Assembly: GCA_036172245.1 (NCBI GenBank)
Contig: JAYWIR010000019.1
Location: forward strand, 2,604,001-2,668,000
Direction of reading: 5' to 3'
DNA length: 64,000 nt
Origin: Raillietiella orientalis
Taxonomy: Eukaryota
In this document: in pieces, positions 25,826-38,417 of the stretch
Position numbering within the stretch: position 1 is the first letter of the stretch
How the letters are laid out: every line of letters starts with the position of its first letter
The notes under the pieces: model-generated
The model's input: the letters and a program-made list of their open reading frames with translations, nothing else
Databases searched by the model: none
What the model was told of the DNA's origin: nothing
Position numbers and translations under genes: made by a program

Positions 25826-27045
25826 ACGAAATCATGCGGTAGCAACGGAAAACTGCAAAAAGGAAGACGTTTGCGAAACGGGAAGTCTGAAAGCAAGGAG
25901 TGGCGATCATTGCATGATGGGTAATCATCGTCAATACGTCACGTACAATACAAACATTCCATTCAATCATTTATGCGGCTACCGGTGGGGCAGCACTTTG
26001 GAAGAACCGAAAAGATTCCAATCACGCAAGAGCATGTGGAACATCTCATGCAAGGAGCTTCCCGTAACCAAGGTGACGGAGCGCCATTCTGCGGCAGAGG
26101 TACAAGTAGTAGGTAAGCAAATTGCTCTTTCTGAAAGCAGCATTATGTACATAAACCTCGAAACGAATTATGTCCAGCAAGCAGGCACCGACACCCGAGA
26201 AGGCAATTAATTGATTCAGGGAAAACTTGAGGATACAGGGAATTTAAATTTTCCTCAGTAAGTTTCCTTCGTTTTGTTTCCTTGTAGGGAATTAACATTT
26301 GTTTTGTCAGTTTCAAGAAATTTCGTTCAGACACTGGTCATCTGTTTTGGATGACTCTTCTTTTTAAGACACGATAAATTTGTTGGAGGCGCATACTGAA
26401 AAAACATGGAATTTTTTTTTAGCTACCTGTCAATACAAAAAGAATAATTTCATTGAAGTAAAGGGAAATCCATAAGTCCCTAAAGTGATGGAACTGCATC
26501 TATAGAGGCATGCATTCGAAAAATTTACAACCAAACGTGGAAGGCAACTCTTTTGATGCAGCTATGTAATTCGCCAAGGAAAATGAGCATCGAAGTGGAA
26601 CAAAAAAAAAAAAAAAAAAAGGATGAAGGCATCCACAGAACTGATTCATAATCACAATTTCATTCAGATCACATTTTCATATACGATGGGCGCATGTTAA
26701 CGATGGGCAATACAACATGGCTGAGGAATTCGAAAATGGAGTTGCGCCTTGGCATCCTCGTATTTTCCTCAGAAATTGAGGATGAAAGTCGCGCAGCAAC
26801 CTCACGAGCAGGCATCCCCTCTCTGCATCTCCAAAAACAGCCGGGAGTGCGCGTAGACGGATGAAAGCACTGTTGCCATGAAACAGTCCAGAGAAAAGGA
26901 AAGATTTGTGCCATTGACAACCTGTTTCAAAGCAGCAGTCCTCGTTGTTCACTAACACAACCGATTTCAACAAATTATCCTTCAAGTTTTTCATGGGATT
27001 TTCCGTAAAAGTGGTTCGTAAATAGTTAATAGAAGGGAAAAAAAG

Positions 27046-27076
<31 letters not shown>

Positions 27077-30000
27077 CATTGGTGTTGTTATGCAACAAAT
27101 ATGAGAAATGCAATCAAGAGACGGATAGAGCTCACAAAAATCTGGAAAACATAGCACAGATGCATGATTACATGATTGCTAGAACCTGTATTTCAGTTAT
27201 CTCCATATATTCATCTATTACATCGCTTCTTTTTCCTAAATAGAGTTCTTTTTGTAAAATAATAATAATAAGCTCTTTTTTCATTTTTCTCGGGCAAATT
27301 ATTCATTAAATTCATGTCCCTTGTGATGTATCACTTTTTCTCATAAATAAAATGCCTAAAAATGACACTTGTTATGATTAATGAAATTATATCCAAGCCC
27401 ATATTCTTCCGTTTATTGCTTCGATTGGATCGTGGTCTCGAGGATGACCACGAAGTCACTTTAGCGTCATGAAATTGGCATGAACTCCACCTCGACTAAA
27501 CTCGTTTCTACAACCACTCTTGCGACCCTTTTTGGGGAGCGGGGGGTGGGCCTCCCAAAACTTTCATCTCATGCTATTTGACTGGAGAGCAACTTCCGAA
27601 GAGCAAAAGGCACGTTCGGCTTACCTGGTAGTTCTGTCGGATGCTGATTTTGTAATCGGAAACCCGGCTACTCGTGAAACTCTCCCTGTTCCATTTCCCT
27701 CCGTCTTTTAAATAGAGACTTCAGAGCACATTCCTCCTCGGGCACACACACCCTCCGTAAACATCGGTTCGAAATGCTCTTCCCCCCCTCCACGGCTGAA
27801 GTCCAGAGGAACCCACCGCATTGCGAGAAGACCGCCAGGTTGACTTTCGTGGCTGCACAATTAGTGGCTCTTCGGTGTGCTCAGGGCGGAGCTACTGCTG
27901 TAGCACAAGTTTTCCGTCCACTAAACCCAGAAAATGCTGTCGGATTTAGAACATATTAATTTTCATCAAACAGCAAAGGATCCAAGCAAAATTTAGTGCG
28001 TTCTTGTGTGATTAATGCACTGATAAGGCCAGCAGACGAAGCCCCCTCTCACTTGCATCCGAGGGCATTACAATTAATCCATGTTTAATTGGCCGTGGTT
28101 TTTTCGTTTTTTTTTTTCTCCCCCCCCCCCCTTCTCTAATGCATCGAAGAAGCTGAGCGTGTGAACCCCATGTCATTTTCTCTATTTAGAGCTTTGGTTG
28201 CTCATGATGCTTGAAAAATTTTGTGTGCTCATCGAATCAAAAACAAATGATGATGTTGGACGCGCGTTTCAGATGTATTTCTTCTCCCCTTTCCACGGTA
28301 CCGATTTTAGGTGATTTAGACATGTAAGCGCAACTACACTGCAAGCAGTGTCGAGGCACACCACATCAGCAAGGAACGAATTCTAGTGTATGTACAGCCG
28401 AAGCGTGTGCATATACTAAAATTCAGTAAGGAACGAAAGGCTTGCGAAGGAAAAAATAAAACGCAGGAATCTCGAGATTGCGTAGAGCATTCGCAGATGC
28501 CAGAGCTTCTTCTGGTTCTGTAGGAAATGCTTACATTTCCAAATCTCGTAACGATGCAAAAAAGGTGGAAAACCCTGAGATTCGTTTGCTGCTAATCCGA
28601 TGAGATCCATCACCTCCCGAATCAAAATCTTTTGAGCAAACGGATCCAACCCTGCAAATTTCTCCATTCCAGGAAATCTCGATTTCTTAGGAGGGAAACT
28701 GCGTGCTGACACATGTTAATCGCTGAATATGTTCTAAAGTTCGAGAGTGAAGCAGTTTCGCATACCGCAAACACACTTCTAAAATAGCGAAGAAGCATCA
28801 ACTGAACAGGGAGGTCAAGTTAATCATCTAGTTGTTGACTACGTACGTATATTTTTATTAAAAAAAAAAGAAGCATACCCCTCCATCTCTAATAAACCAT
28901 GTGAAGAGTTCAAGAATTTCGCTTAAGGGCACCTTGGAATATGCGCTCTTCTGGTTCTCTCAACGTTGGAAGACATCTTTGCATAAGCCCTGTCAAAGGT
29001 GCAAGCAAGCTGCTCCATAGAAAGGTGACGTCTTTGGATCCAAAGATTCTTCTTCAAGTTAACTACCAGATGTGGCCTCTTTGCCACTTGGCTAAAAAAC
29101 AAAAACACGCACACACAGACTGACAAAAGCTATCAACCTTGTCGGATGCGTGTGTGCCTGAAAAAACACGACTTAGCGAATCTCTTTTTAGAGGAATACG
29201 AATCCGAGCTGGAATTAAGTTTCGGCTGCGAATTTCATCCCGTCAATTCCCAGCATTCGCCACGATTTTAAACCATCTGGGACGTTGGATGATTCCAGCA
29301 CAACTTCCGTATTAGTTTCTGCTGTAATTTTCATTTTGCCAAGGAGAATCCTCAAAAGGGAGGAACCATAAAAAAAATTAAGATAAAATGGGAAGTTGTT
29401 TCATGATGTGTTTTCTTGTTCATTGAAATAAAAGCTTGACCTCGGCTTGTTCCACGAATAGAGGGCTCCCTTCAAGCTCACTACAAGAGTAGCTCGAAAC
29501 GGCCGTTATGAGCCGTTTTGATAATCCGCTACTTTGTCTGCTCTTTTGCAAACTCACCCGAAGAAAACCGATTACGCATCTTTTCAACGATATCCGCGTG
29601 CTCCAGCTCGTTCCACCAATTTACCACAGTAAACCGATTCATCGATTTTACCTTCGAATAATTTCCATAGGGATAGAAACCATCGTGCATAATAACATAC
29701 AGACAACTGAATTTGGCTGTATTCTAACACTCATCAATGCTTTTCGCACTTACTCTACCAACTCACATTTCAACCTAGAAACCTCCACTAAGATTTCCAG
29801 AACCAAAGGACTTTTGGCTATTCAGCGGCTTGGAACAAGTCGGTGTCGCGGAATAGCCGCATGAGGAAGGAAGACATGAGAGCTCTAAACGATCTGAAAG
29901 ACCTGACTCTGGTAGAGATGCAGTAAGTTGCAGCTACTCAGAGTAGCATTCTCCTTATGCTTCATGGTTAAATCTCGATTGGGGTGACGATGGACGCGGA

Positions 30001-33000
30001 TACGCATTTAATCTATATCATCTTTTTCAGTGTGTTCTCTCATCCGTTTTCCGAGGCTTGACTTGGATCTGCTGTCGTAAGAGTCCCTTCGGAACGGAAA
30101 TGATCCCACAGCTGAAGCATCTTTTGGTTCCTTTGGTATTTGCATTCAGTCTTAAAACTGGTTGCAAGTTGGTCGGACAAACTGTGCAAGGGCGAACCAG
30201 CAAAAGTTGATCCGCCTCATGATCTCATCCCTGGAAGCACGAAAATCTTCAGAATAAAATCCTTACTTAGTCTGAGGTCTGTCTTCAAAACCAAGATATG
30301 GACAGCGGCTAACACATGCAGTGCGCTGTTTCCTTGTAAACACATCGTTTGCGCTTACAGTTCGAAATTGCAACTCGAACGATATACCTCGAATCTCTTG
30401 GAAAAAGCAAAAAAGACTACAAAAGGCGAATGCAGACTATCAGACAATTTTCCGGGCAGAGATTACCAAAGATGTGTGTCTACATCTGCCACAACTTCAA
30501 AAGTATTTTCTTTTGCTTTTTACTGACTGAGATTTGAGATTTATCTTGGGAGAGCACATTCAAGTTCTATATACTCCTAGCTCTTTGCATCCACGACAAA
30601 CGAACTTTCATATATTCGAGATCTCAAGTGCAGACATCTTTTTCTCCGTTTTCCTCTTTTATTACCGCAGAGAGCGATGCGCGCGCGTTTCCAGATTCTC
30701 AGTTTGGGAGAAAGACTGCTCAGCCTCGGGAAAAATGAGGATTCTCCCATCTGAGGTTACTCCAGAACTTGATAGGTAACGAAGATGAAGCTTCTTTTTT
30801 TTAAAAAAACAAAAAACAAAAAGCAGCGAAAGCTATTTCACCTTCTGGAGCTTGTGGGATCACATGTTTTTACGAGATGAGGAAAAATCTCATCTTTGCA
30901 AAGATGCGTTGTCGAATTTCCCATCGAGGAAAACGGCCTATGTGGAGGGTGTACCGTACCAACCAACGCAAGAAGAAGAAAAATGAAATGTTGTGATTCA
31001 TTATGGGTGACTCTGATTGGTAGAAAAGATCATCGCTAGGTGTGTTGGGTTTCAGGGCCTCCTGAAACTGCAGGTTTTGAGTGTAAAACGCTTTGATTTT
31101 ATTGATATACGTTTTGATAGCCTGTTAATTCATGTTACGAGCGTGAATACGTGCACGTATGCATACATGCACACGCACATAATGTGTGTGTGGGTTTTAT
31201 ATATGCGCATATAGATGAATGTAACACATGAAGCATTGGTTTGTGTTCAGCCGTAGGAGGCACTTTCAACTGGACCGGCTTATCAGACTTCTTTAGAAAT
31301 TTGAGCACGACAAATATTACTCTCAAAACTTGGTCGTTTTCCAGTTTGTCTATCTAAATAATTGCTCTAAAGAGTGCTTTTATCATATACCGTCCTCAGC
31401 TGGAATGCTTTGTAATTTACGAGAGCATGGCCGTCGAAGGCACCCATTTCCGATGTTAAAACTGATATATCAACAGGTTGAAAGTCGAAATCGTTTGCAC
31501 CAGAGTGAACCGGACACTCGGCACAACTTGATTTCTTTTTGCATGTCCCGGAAATGTCTTGGGAAGCAGCTGAAAAATGCCAACTTTCCTCGGTTCGGAT
31601 GAATCAAAGAATGACAGGAAAGGGAAGTGGATGAATCCATTTCCTTATGTATCCGTTGCTCCGCCCACTTCTGCGGACAATATTCAGCGAAAACGGAAAG
31701 TATTTCATCCGAACACTCTCAAGTAATTCGGATTAGAAAAGATGAAACCCATTTGTGTTCCTCATTTTGAGGATTGGAAAAGTAATTGAAAGCTTAGAGA
31801 AATGAGTAACGAGATCAAAACCATTCCTGTCCCTATAAGGAGCAGGCAGGTGCCCCTTGCTGCCCTGCGAAGTACAGCAATCAATTTGGGATTTATATCG
31901 CTGCGCTCAAGGGAGCACTCTGCAACATAACAAGGCTTATGCCCGCGTGGATAGTTGGTCACACTTTTTATCAGGATGAATCCATTCCCTCTGAAACATT
32001 CTCCCGGGACTTGGATGGAACACGAACAATCGACATTCAAATCCAGGAACGAAATAGCCGTCTGCTGAAGCAGCACGTTCCGTCTCCACCCGTTTTACTC
32101 TTAGCTCGAGTTGCAATTAGGCAAACAGGGCTACCAAATTTTTACCCAATTTAAATGGAAGTTGAAAGGAAAAAAAACAGCAACAACCTTGGTTTCGAAA
32201 GTTGAGAGGACGGTTTTTCTTGTGTTTCTGTTTCCCGCGCAAGATTTCCTCAAGAGACGGTCGATGCAACGATAAATTCTCAAGGTCTGATTTCAGTAGA
32301 TACCTACGGTTACAAATGTTCGATGATAGACTAATAGATGATTGATAACCTTTTGATTGCAAACATCTTAGAACGCCCATATAGAAATACAAATTAAATT
32401 TGTGCCCTCTATTTTCAAGTTTAATAAATTCTGGATAAAAAAAAAAAAAACGCCTCAAGAAAAGCTTGGACACTTCGAAATCATGAGCAAAGCGTATAAA
32501 TATATTCAATCGAGTAGAATCTGTATCGAGACAATTTCGTGTATGACTATGTGGTAAAAATATACATATAATGGAGAGCAAATATATTTACAAATTTTCG
32601 AATAAAAACAAGAGAGAGAGCGAGAGAGAGAGAAAGCACTGCTTCTGCCTGGAAACCAAGCAAACAGGTGTTAGAACCCGTTTATTGGTTAAAGTCCGTT
32701 TTATCTACATCGAGAGTGTTTGAATGTAGATAGCTGGAATTCCGGCATCATCTCGAAATGGCGACGAGGGGCGCAAAATACTTTTTCCCCTTTGGGGGGA
32801 GCAGATTCTCAGGTTCCTCTAAGCGTCTGCTTTAAATAATACGGTACAATTAAACGCTTTACAGGATTCACCTATGCGTCAAAAACTGGTCCAAACACCA
32901 GATCTTCTTTCCAGAACACAAAAGCTCATGTTTGTTCTTTAAGTTACAAATTCATTTTGTGGATAACAACGTTGTATAATTTTGTCATACTGCCGATACC

Positions 33001-34360
33001 GGCAAAATGCTAACTGGTCATTATGGAAAAAGGAACGAACGACATATCCTAACATTCGCGAACTCGAAAAGATTCGTATGGAATGAGCAAAATACGAGAA
33101 CACTGAATACAATTCGAATCTCACGTGTTCTCTATACTCCGAATCCTGAGATGGAAAAAAAAAAAAAAAAAAAAAGGCTTTCGCATTCAAAGCTCGGCTG
33201 AGCACTTGCATACGTGTTCCAACAAATTGTACGGCTGAGTCCGGTACAACTTCATGGCAAAAGAAAAAAAAAAGGAAAAGAAAGGGAATCCGAACTCCGA
33301 TCTTTGAAACGAACGGATTTACTACTTCCGCCCAGACGCAAAGCCAAGCAGGGTCTCCCCCCCCCCCACTCGAAAAAGAAGCGCCAGATCCATCCGTAAA
33401 TCAGCCTTTCCATCAAACTGAGGAACGACCACGATGACACCCTCGAGATCTCCCCAGGACATGTTTTCCATGAAACTTAAAATGCATCGAGTATCCTGAA
33501 TGCGAAAAATTACACAAGTAATGAAGTTTCTTAATAACCCACGAACTTGTAGCCCAGTCTTCTCATAGAAATTCCTACGGTAACGATGAGCGTGCATACA
33601 AAAACAGCACTTTTCCATCTTTCTTTAGTTTCGAATGAATAATATGCCTCATTCTTGAATTGAGCTCTAACGATGTTTACTTTTTTTCACTTTGGTGGAA
33701 CAAGGATTTATAATGACTGCAATCTCGAATGGATAAAACGCCCCAAAGGTGATAACGAGGAGGACCTTGGCAGAAGGAATCTGCAGCATGCTACACGAAA
33801 GTTCCAATAAACTTCGAGAATTCTTCTTCGAAAAGCAGCAATTACCTATCCAACTTGGAGCAGTCACCCTCACATCAGGAATCACTTTATTTCATATTTG
33901 TCGGCATAACTTCTTGGAAAGGAGAAGGAAAAAAAAGGGGGGGTGGGGGGGGAAATCTACAGAAAAGCATTAATCATCACCTTTGATAACAAATCTGATG
34001 ACAACAAAAGAAGGCCCATAAACAACTTCGAGCATGTGCATCCACACTCTAAAGCTGAAAAGGTTTATTTCTAAATCGCGCGATTGCTTTGCAGCATGAA
34101 AACAGCACCATTTTTATTGTAAAGATGAAGATCGGGTTAATGGGTTAATTTACGGCAACACCCCAGCAACCAGCGGATAACAACTTGGCGACTCGATTAT
34201 CCTCTTCCAGGCAAATCTTCCGAATTCTGGAATTCAAACTTTCAAATTATTCTGGGTTTTTAAAAGGCGGGCTTTCTGCTCATATTCCGTTCAGGAACCC
34301 ACACTGGGATTCAATTGGTGGAATAAAATGCTCCGCTTGGGTCTCCTTTCATGTGTTAAT

Positions 34361-37300
34361 TCAAGAGTCACTACTTAAATTCTCATCAAGATTCTTCAAT
34401 GGAAGACTTTCACTAGAATCTTTGAAAGCATAGGAACGACGTACTTCATCCAATAGAATATTATGTAGCAAGTTATGCTTTTGTACCTGCGAATACCTTA
34501 ATGGTGGTAACGGGTTTCCTGCAAACAAAACAACAGCACATGAATTACAGTTTTGGATTTTCAGAGGGCAATTACGCAAAAAAATTCTCACACTCCGCAT
34601 CCCAAGGAGCTGGGCTCTTCTCCTGGGAGGGCGGCACGCCCCGGGAAGAAGGGAAGCGGAACGTTCCTCGGGGGCCACAACATTTAACGTTACTTTCACA
34701 AATGTCAATTGTACTTTATGGTTAACGTCTCAAACATTTATGGCTATTTCTTTCATGGAAAATTCCCATGAAAACATTTCCGTGGATATCTTTCGATTAA
34801 AATGAAGCTTAAAAGCGAGTTTTTTTTTTCTATTATGAAAAACTATCATCTCTTACTCAAGCTACTGTTTTCATGTTACACGGAACGTAAAATCGCATTT
34901 CATTTGTCAAGTCCATGTACTAACAGGTGAATACTTTTAAACCACTGCGAATCTTTTCAAGTAGCTCAACACCAATAAATTACACGCTATTTAAATTTTT
35001 TCATCGAAAACCCTTAACTACATCAAATTTTTGGAATCAGATCTTGTTAAGACTCGATGTTCTGATTATGAGGAGCAATTCAATCATTTAATGACACTTA
35101 AATGATTGAATTGCTTTTTCTTAATAACCATAAAATATGACGGAACCACAAAGCCCGGTAATTTATACATAAACATTCAATTAGCTGAATGATCACATTT
35201 CCAGTAATTGTTGTTGGAACCCTTTCAAAGACCAAATAATTTACATATGTGTGCATCACATGCAAAACTGTAAGATGGTGCATCTAAATCTGTCTTATCC
35301 ATCTTGGAGATCAACTCATTTCTTCCTACTTACTACTTTTGTTTGGCATTTGGTGCCTTACAAGAAAAACTTTAACTTTTACAAAATTCTTTTCATGGGC
35401 ATCTTTTTGATTTCCATACATGCATACCCACTGCGCAGTTTTCTCTAAATGACTTCTGGAGGCATATATTAATTCACAATCATATAAAAATACATACATA
35501 AATAGGCGAATTTCCAGAGTACTCTGGTGAGAAAAGCAATTAATCAATTTCACTCAGCAATTGTACGGCGAGCTAGACAAAAGAAATTAAAAAAAAAAAA
35601 AAAACAACTAAAGAAACCAGAAAGATGAATAAAATGAAGTTGAAAGAATTCCTTAAAATTACAGCAGCAAAGAATTTTTGAGAAAGAAATAGAGTATCAG
35701 AGAACTGCAAATTCTGAACTGAAAGGAAAGGATCGATATCAGATTTTGTTTCAAAAATATAAATAGCAGAGCTGAGAAGGGTAACTGGGATAAATCAAAT
35801 AAAGAATCATGAAAGAAAATGATTCACCCATCTAATATTCTAATGTACAAAATCCAAAACAAATAACTGTAAAGGAAGAAAAATGTTCTGCTGGATACAA
35901 GTAATCACTAAAAAGTGAATCACTAAAGGGATATCTCACAATAAAAAATATCAATTTGTAGAAGTCCTAGCTATGCCTCCACTCCCATAAGTCAAGTTAA
36001 ATTCATTTGACCTTATTTTTCCACAAAAACAACTACTGGCAGCAAACCTGGCCAAAAAAAATGGCAAGGCTTCTGTTAACACTGTAGTCACTCAAAACAA
36101 TGAATAGACTGCATAAAATTTTTCAGCAGCCCTGAACACAAACACTTCAACTACAACTATGGGTAGTTTTTGAAACACTGCACTAAAAAACATGCCATTT
36201 TCAAGGTAGTTATGTGTGTATTGAATCGGCATTTGAGGTATTTGCAGTGCATGAAGTATAGACAGGCTGCAAAAAAAAAAGTTTACTTTTTTTTTTTTTG
36301 CAAACATTTATATGACTCACATTTGAATTTACTTAGAACCTAATGCACATAAAATTAGAAACATATGATAGTTCACATTTTATTATTATTCTGATCCATT
36401 ACCACCCTTGATAGTGCAAATATTGCTAATAAATATTTAAGTGTAGCTATATGATTTATTAGTGACCTAAATCTGTGCATACTTAATAAAAGTACAACCA
36501 GCTATTCAATTAAAGTTTCAAGATGAACAGCAACATCCAGTAACTCTTCCAGTATTTTTGATTTTCCATCACATTTATGAATAAAAAACCTTATAAATGA
36601 AAAAAATGAAGAGATCATGATCCAAAATACTGCCTTAGTTTTTATATTCTAAAGTATTATAATTACAGCTTTATACATTTTAACTGAAGTTTTGACTTTG
36701 TAGGGCACATTTGTGTGTAATTTTCTTGCAAACAAATTTGTTTTCTCATTTCTTTGTCCCAAATAGAGAAATCTTTTGCATTCACAAAAGTTGATTTCTG
36801 TGTACATTCTGTTGAATCATTGCATCAATTTGAGATATGCAAATACAAATCTAATCCCAAGAATATTTGATGGGCTATACATCCTCATACTTTAAAAATT
36901 TGAGAAATTCAAAGGTTAAGGTTTCAAATGCAATTGTTAATAAGGGCTACAATCTATTATGCAGTAACACGATTTTTTTATTTATCAATGAGCTGATTTC
37001 TACAAAGCAAAACAACAAAAACAAGAGTGAAACAAATGAAACAATGAGTGGAAATCTAGCATAGAATAACTGACTGCACCTGTACACAAACCTGAGAATC
37101 ATACACTTCTCAAAATAATTGATAGCATTTCTTCATTCAATTATTCGTACATGCTTTTCAGATAAGGAAAACAAAAGTAATTCTCTACATCAAACCCATT
37201 TCCCTCATGAAAAGTATTTCATTCTCCTACTAAGAAACAATCTAATTATTCACAATTCTTCTGCATATTGCTAATATTGCTATCAATGTGCCTAGATATA

Positions 37301-38417
37301 ATCTTGTAACTTGTAACTAACTACATATAATCTTGTAACAAGACTTACATGGATTTATGGAAAACAAAGTATCACCAATCAATTTATTCAATACAGACCT
37401 CCATGCTTTCACACTTTTAAAGACAATCAATACACTGACGCCAGTCTTCCATTCAAAAAACTAATATCACTTTTCTATAAAAAAAAAAAAACTAAGAATT
37501 TGCTAATTATTGTTTAAGAATTTTTTTACACCCCCAAATATTTCCTTTATCTACCATCATGCCTACATCAAATTACTTTTTACATGTCAAAACAAAATAC
37601 TTATGCTTTCAAGAATTTTGCGGATTTGCTAACTGTTCTAGAATTTTCTGATTGGAAAAATCTATACTCCATATCGGAATAATCAGATTTAACGTCAAGG
37701 CCAAGATGCAGTCATTTACGAAACACTCTCGTATCTAGTAAGATTCAAAGAGATTTATATCGAGTACTTCGAAAGATCATTAGTTAACATGAAAAGTTCT
37801 ATTTATTCGTGTGTTAGCTTTCTTCAGTCTAGACTCTTACATAGCCAATTACTTACATAGTACTCCTATGTAAAAAAAAAAATCGGTGAATAGTATGAGG
37901 GAAAATGTACCTTTCAGTTCCAGAACACTTCTTTCGAAATTCACCGGGAAGCAATAGTCCCGACTATACGTAAATTTTTTGGCCGTCTGCTCTAATTCTC
38001 CAGGAACATAAGTAGGTGCTTTTAAAAGTCGTGTGTAGGACTCTGTATAATTTTTGTACCTTGGAACAAGCACTTTGAAAAGTTTATGAATCAGCTGTTT
38101 CTCATCCAACCAAAAATTGGCCATATCCATTGTGGCTGTATGACAATCTCCATACTTAATTGCTTCTTGTATAAGCTTAAAAGGAAATGATTAACGAATT
38201 CATTTCAACATTTCCATACTCTTTCTGCATATTGCCTAGACTCATCAGCCCTGTGGTAGTTAAGCTCAATTCTCTCATACTTAAATAAGGCTGTAACTGT
38301 ATAACGAAGCTTTTTCAATCTTCCTAATGGTCCTTCAGGATTGCTAAATCTTCTTTTTTTCACGGGAATTGCAAATTTCAAGGCTGGAATTAGTTTGTCG
38401 ATTTTTGCCTGATTCAT
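34361..38417 (-). CDS. mRpL17: 39S mitochondrial ribosomal protein L17
   Basis: Exons 38417-38220 (MNQAK...GRLKKLRYTVTALFKYERIE...YAER), 38175-37911 (LIQEAIKYGDCHTATMDMANFWL...KLFKVLVPRY...SVLELK) and 34518-34361 (GNPLPPL...NLLHNILLDEVRRSY...stop). GT-AG introns of 44 nt and ~3.4 kb, with consistent phases. Confidence 0.92.

Noticed and set aside
25570..26000. Possible Cu/Zn-SOD-like repeat words (CETGSL, TNIP)
   Set aside because: Largely overlaps the piggyBac terminus; metal-binding His residues are absent.
30300..30360. TCSALFPCKHIV, SWIM-finger-like
   Set aside because: Isolated motif with no MULE transposase context.
32380..32500. RGHKFNL on minus, resembling a CR1/L2 LINE ORF2 end
   Set aside because: Single short motif; no RT domain or 3' tail seen.
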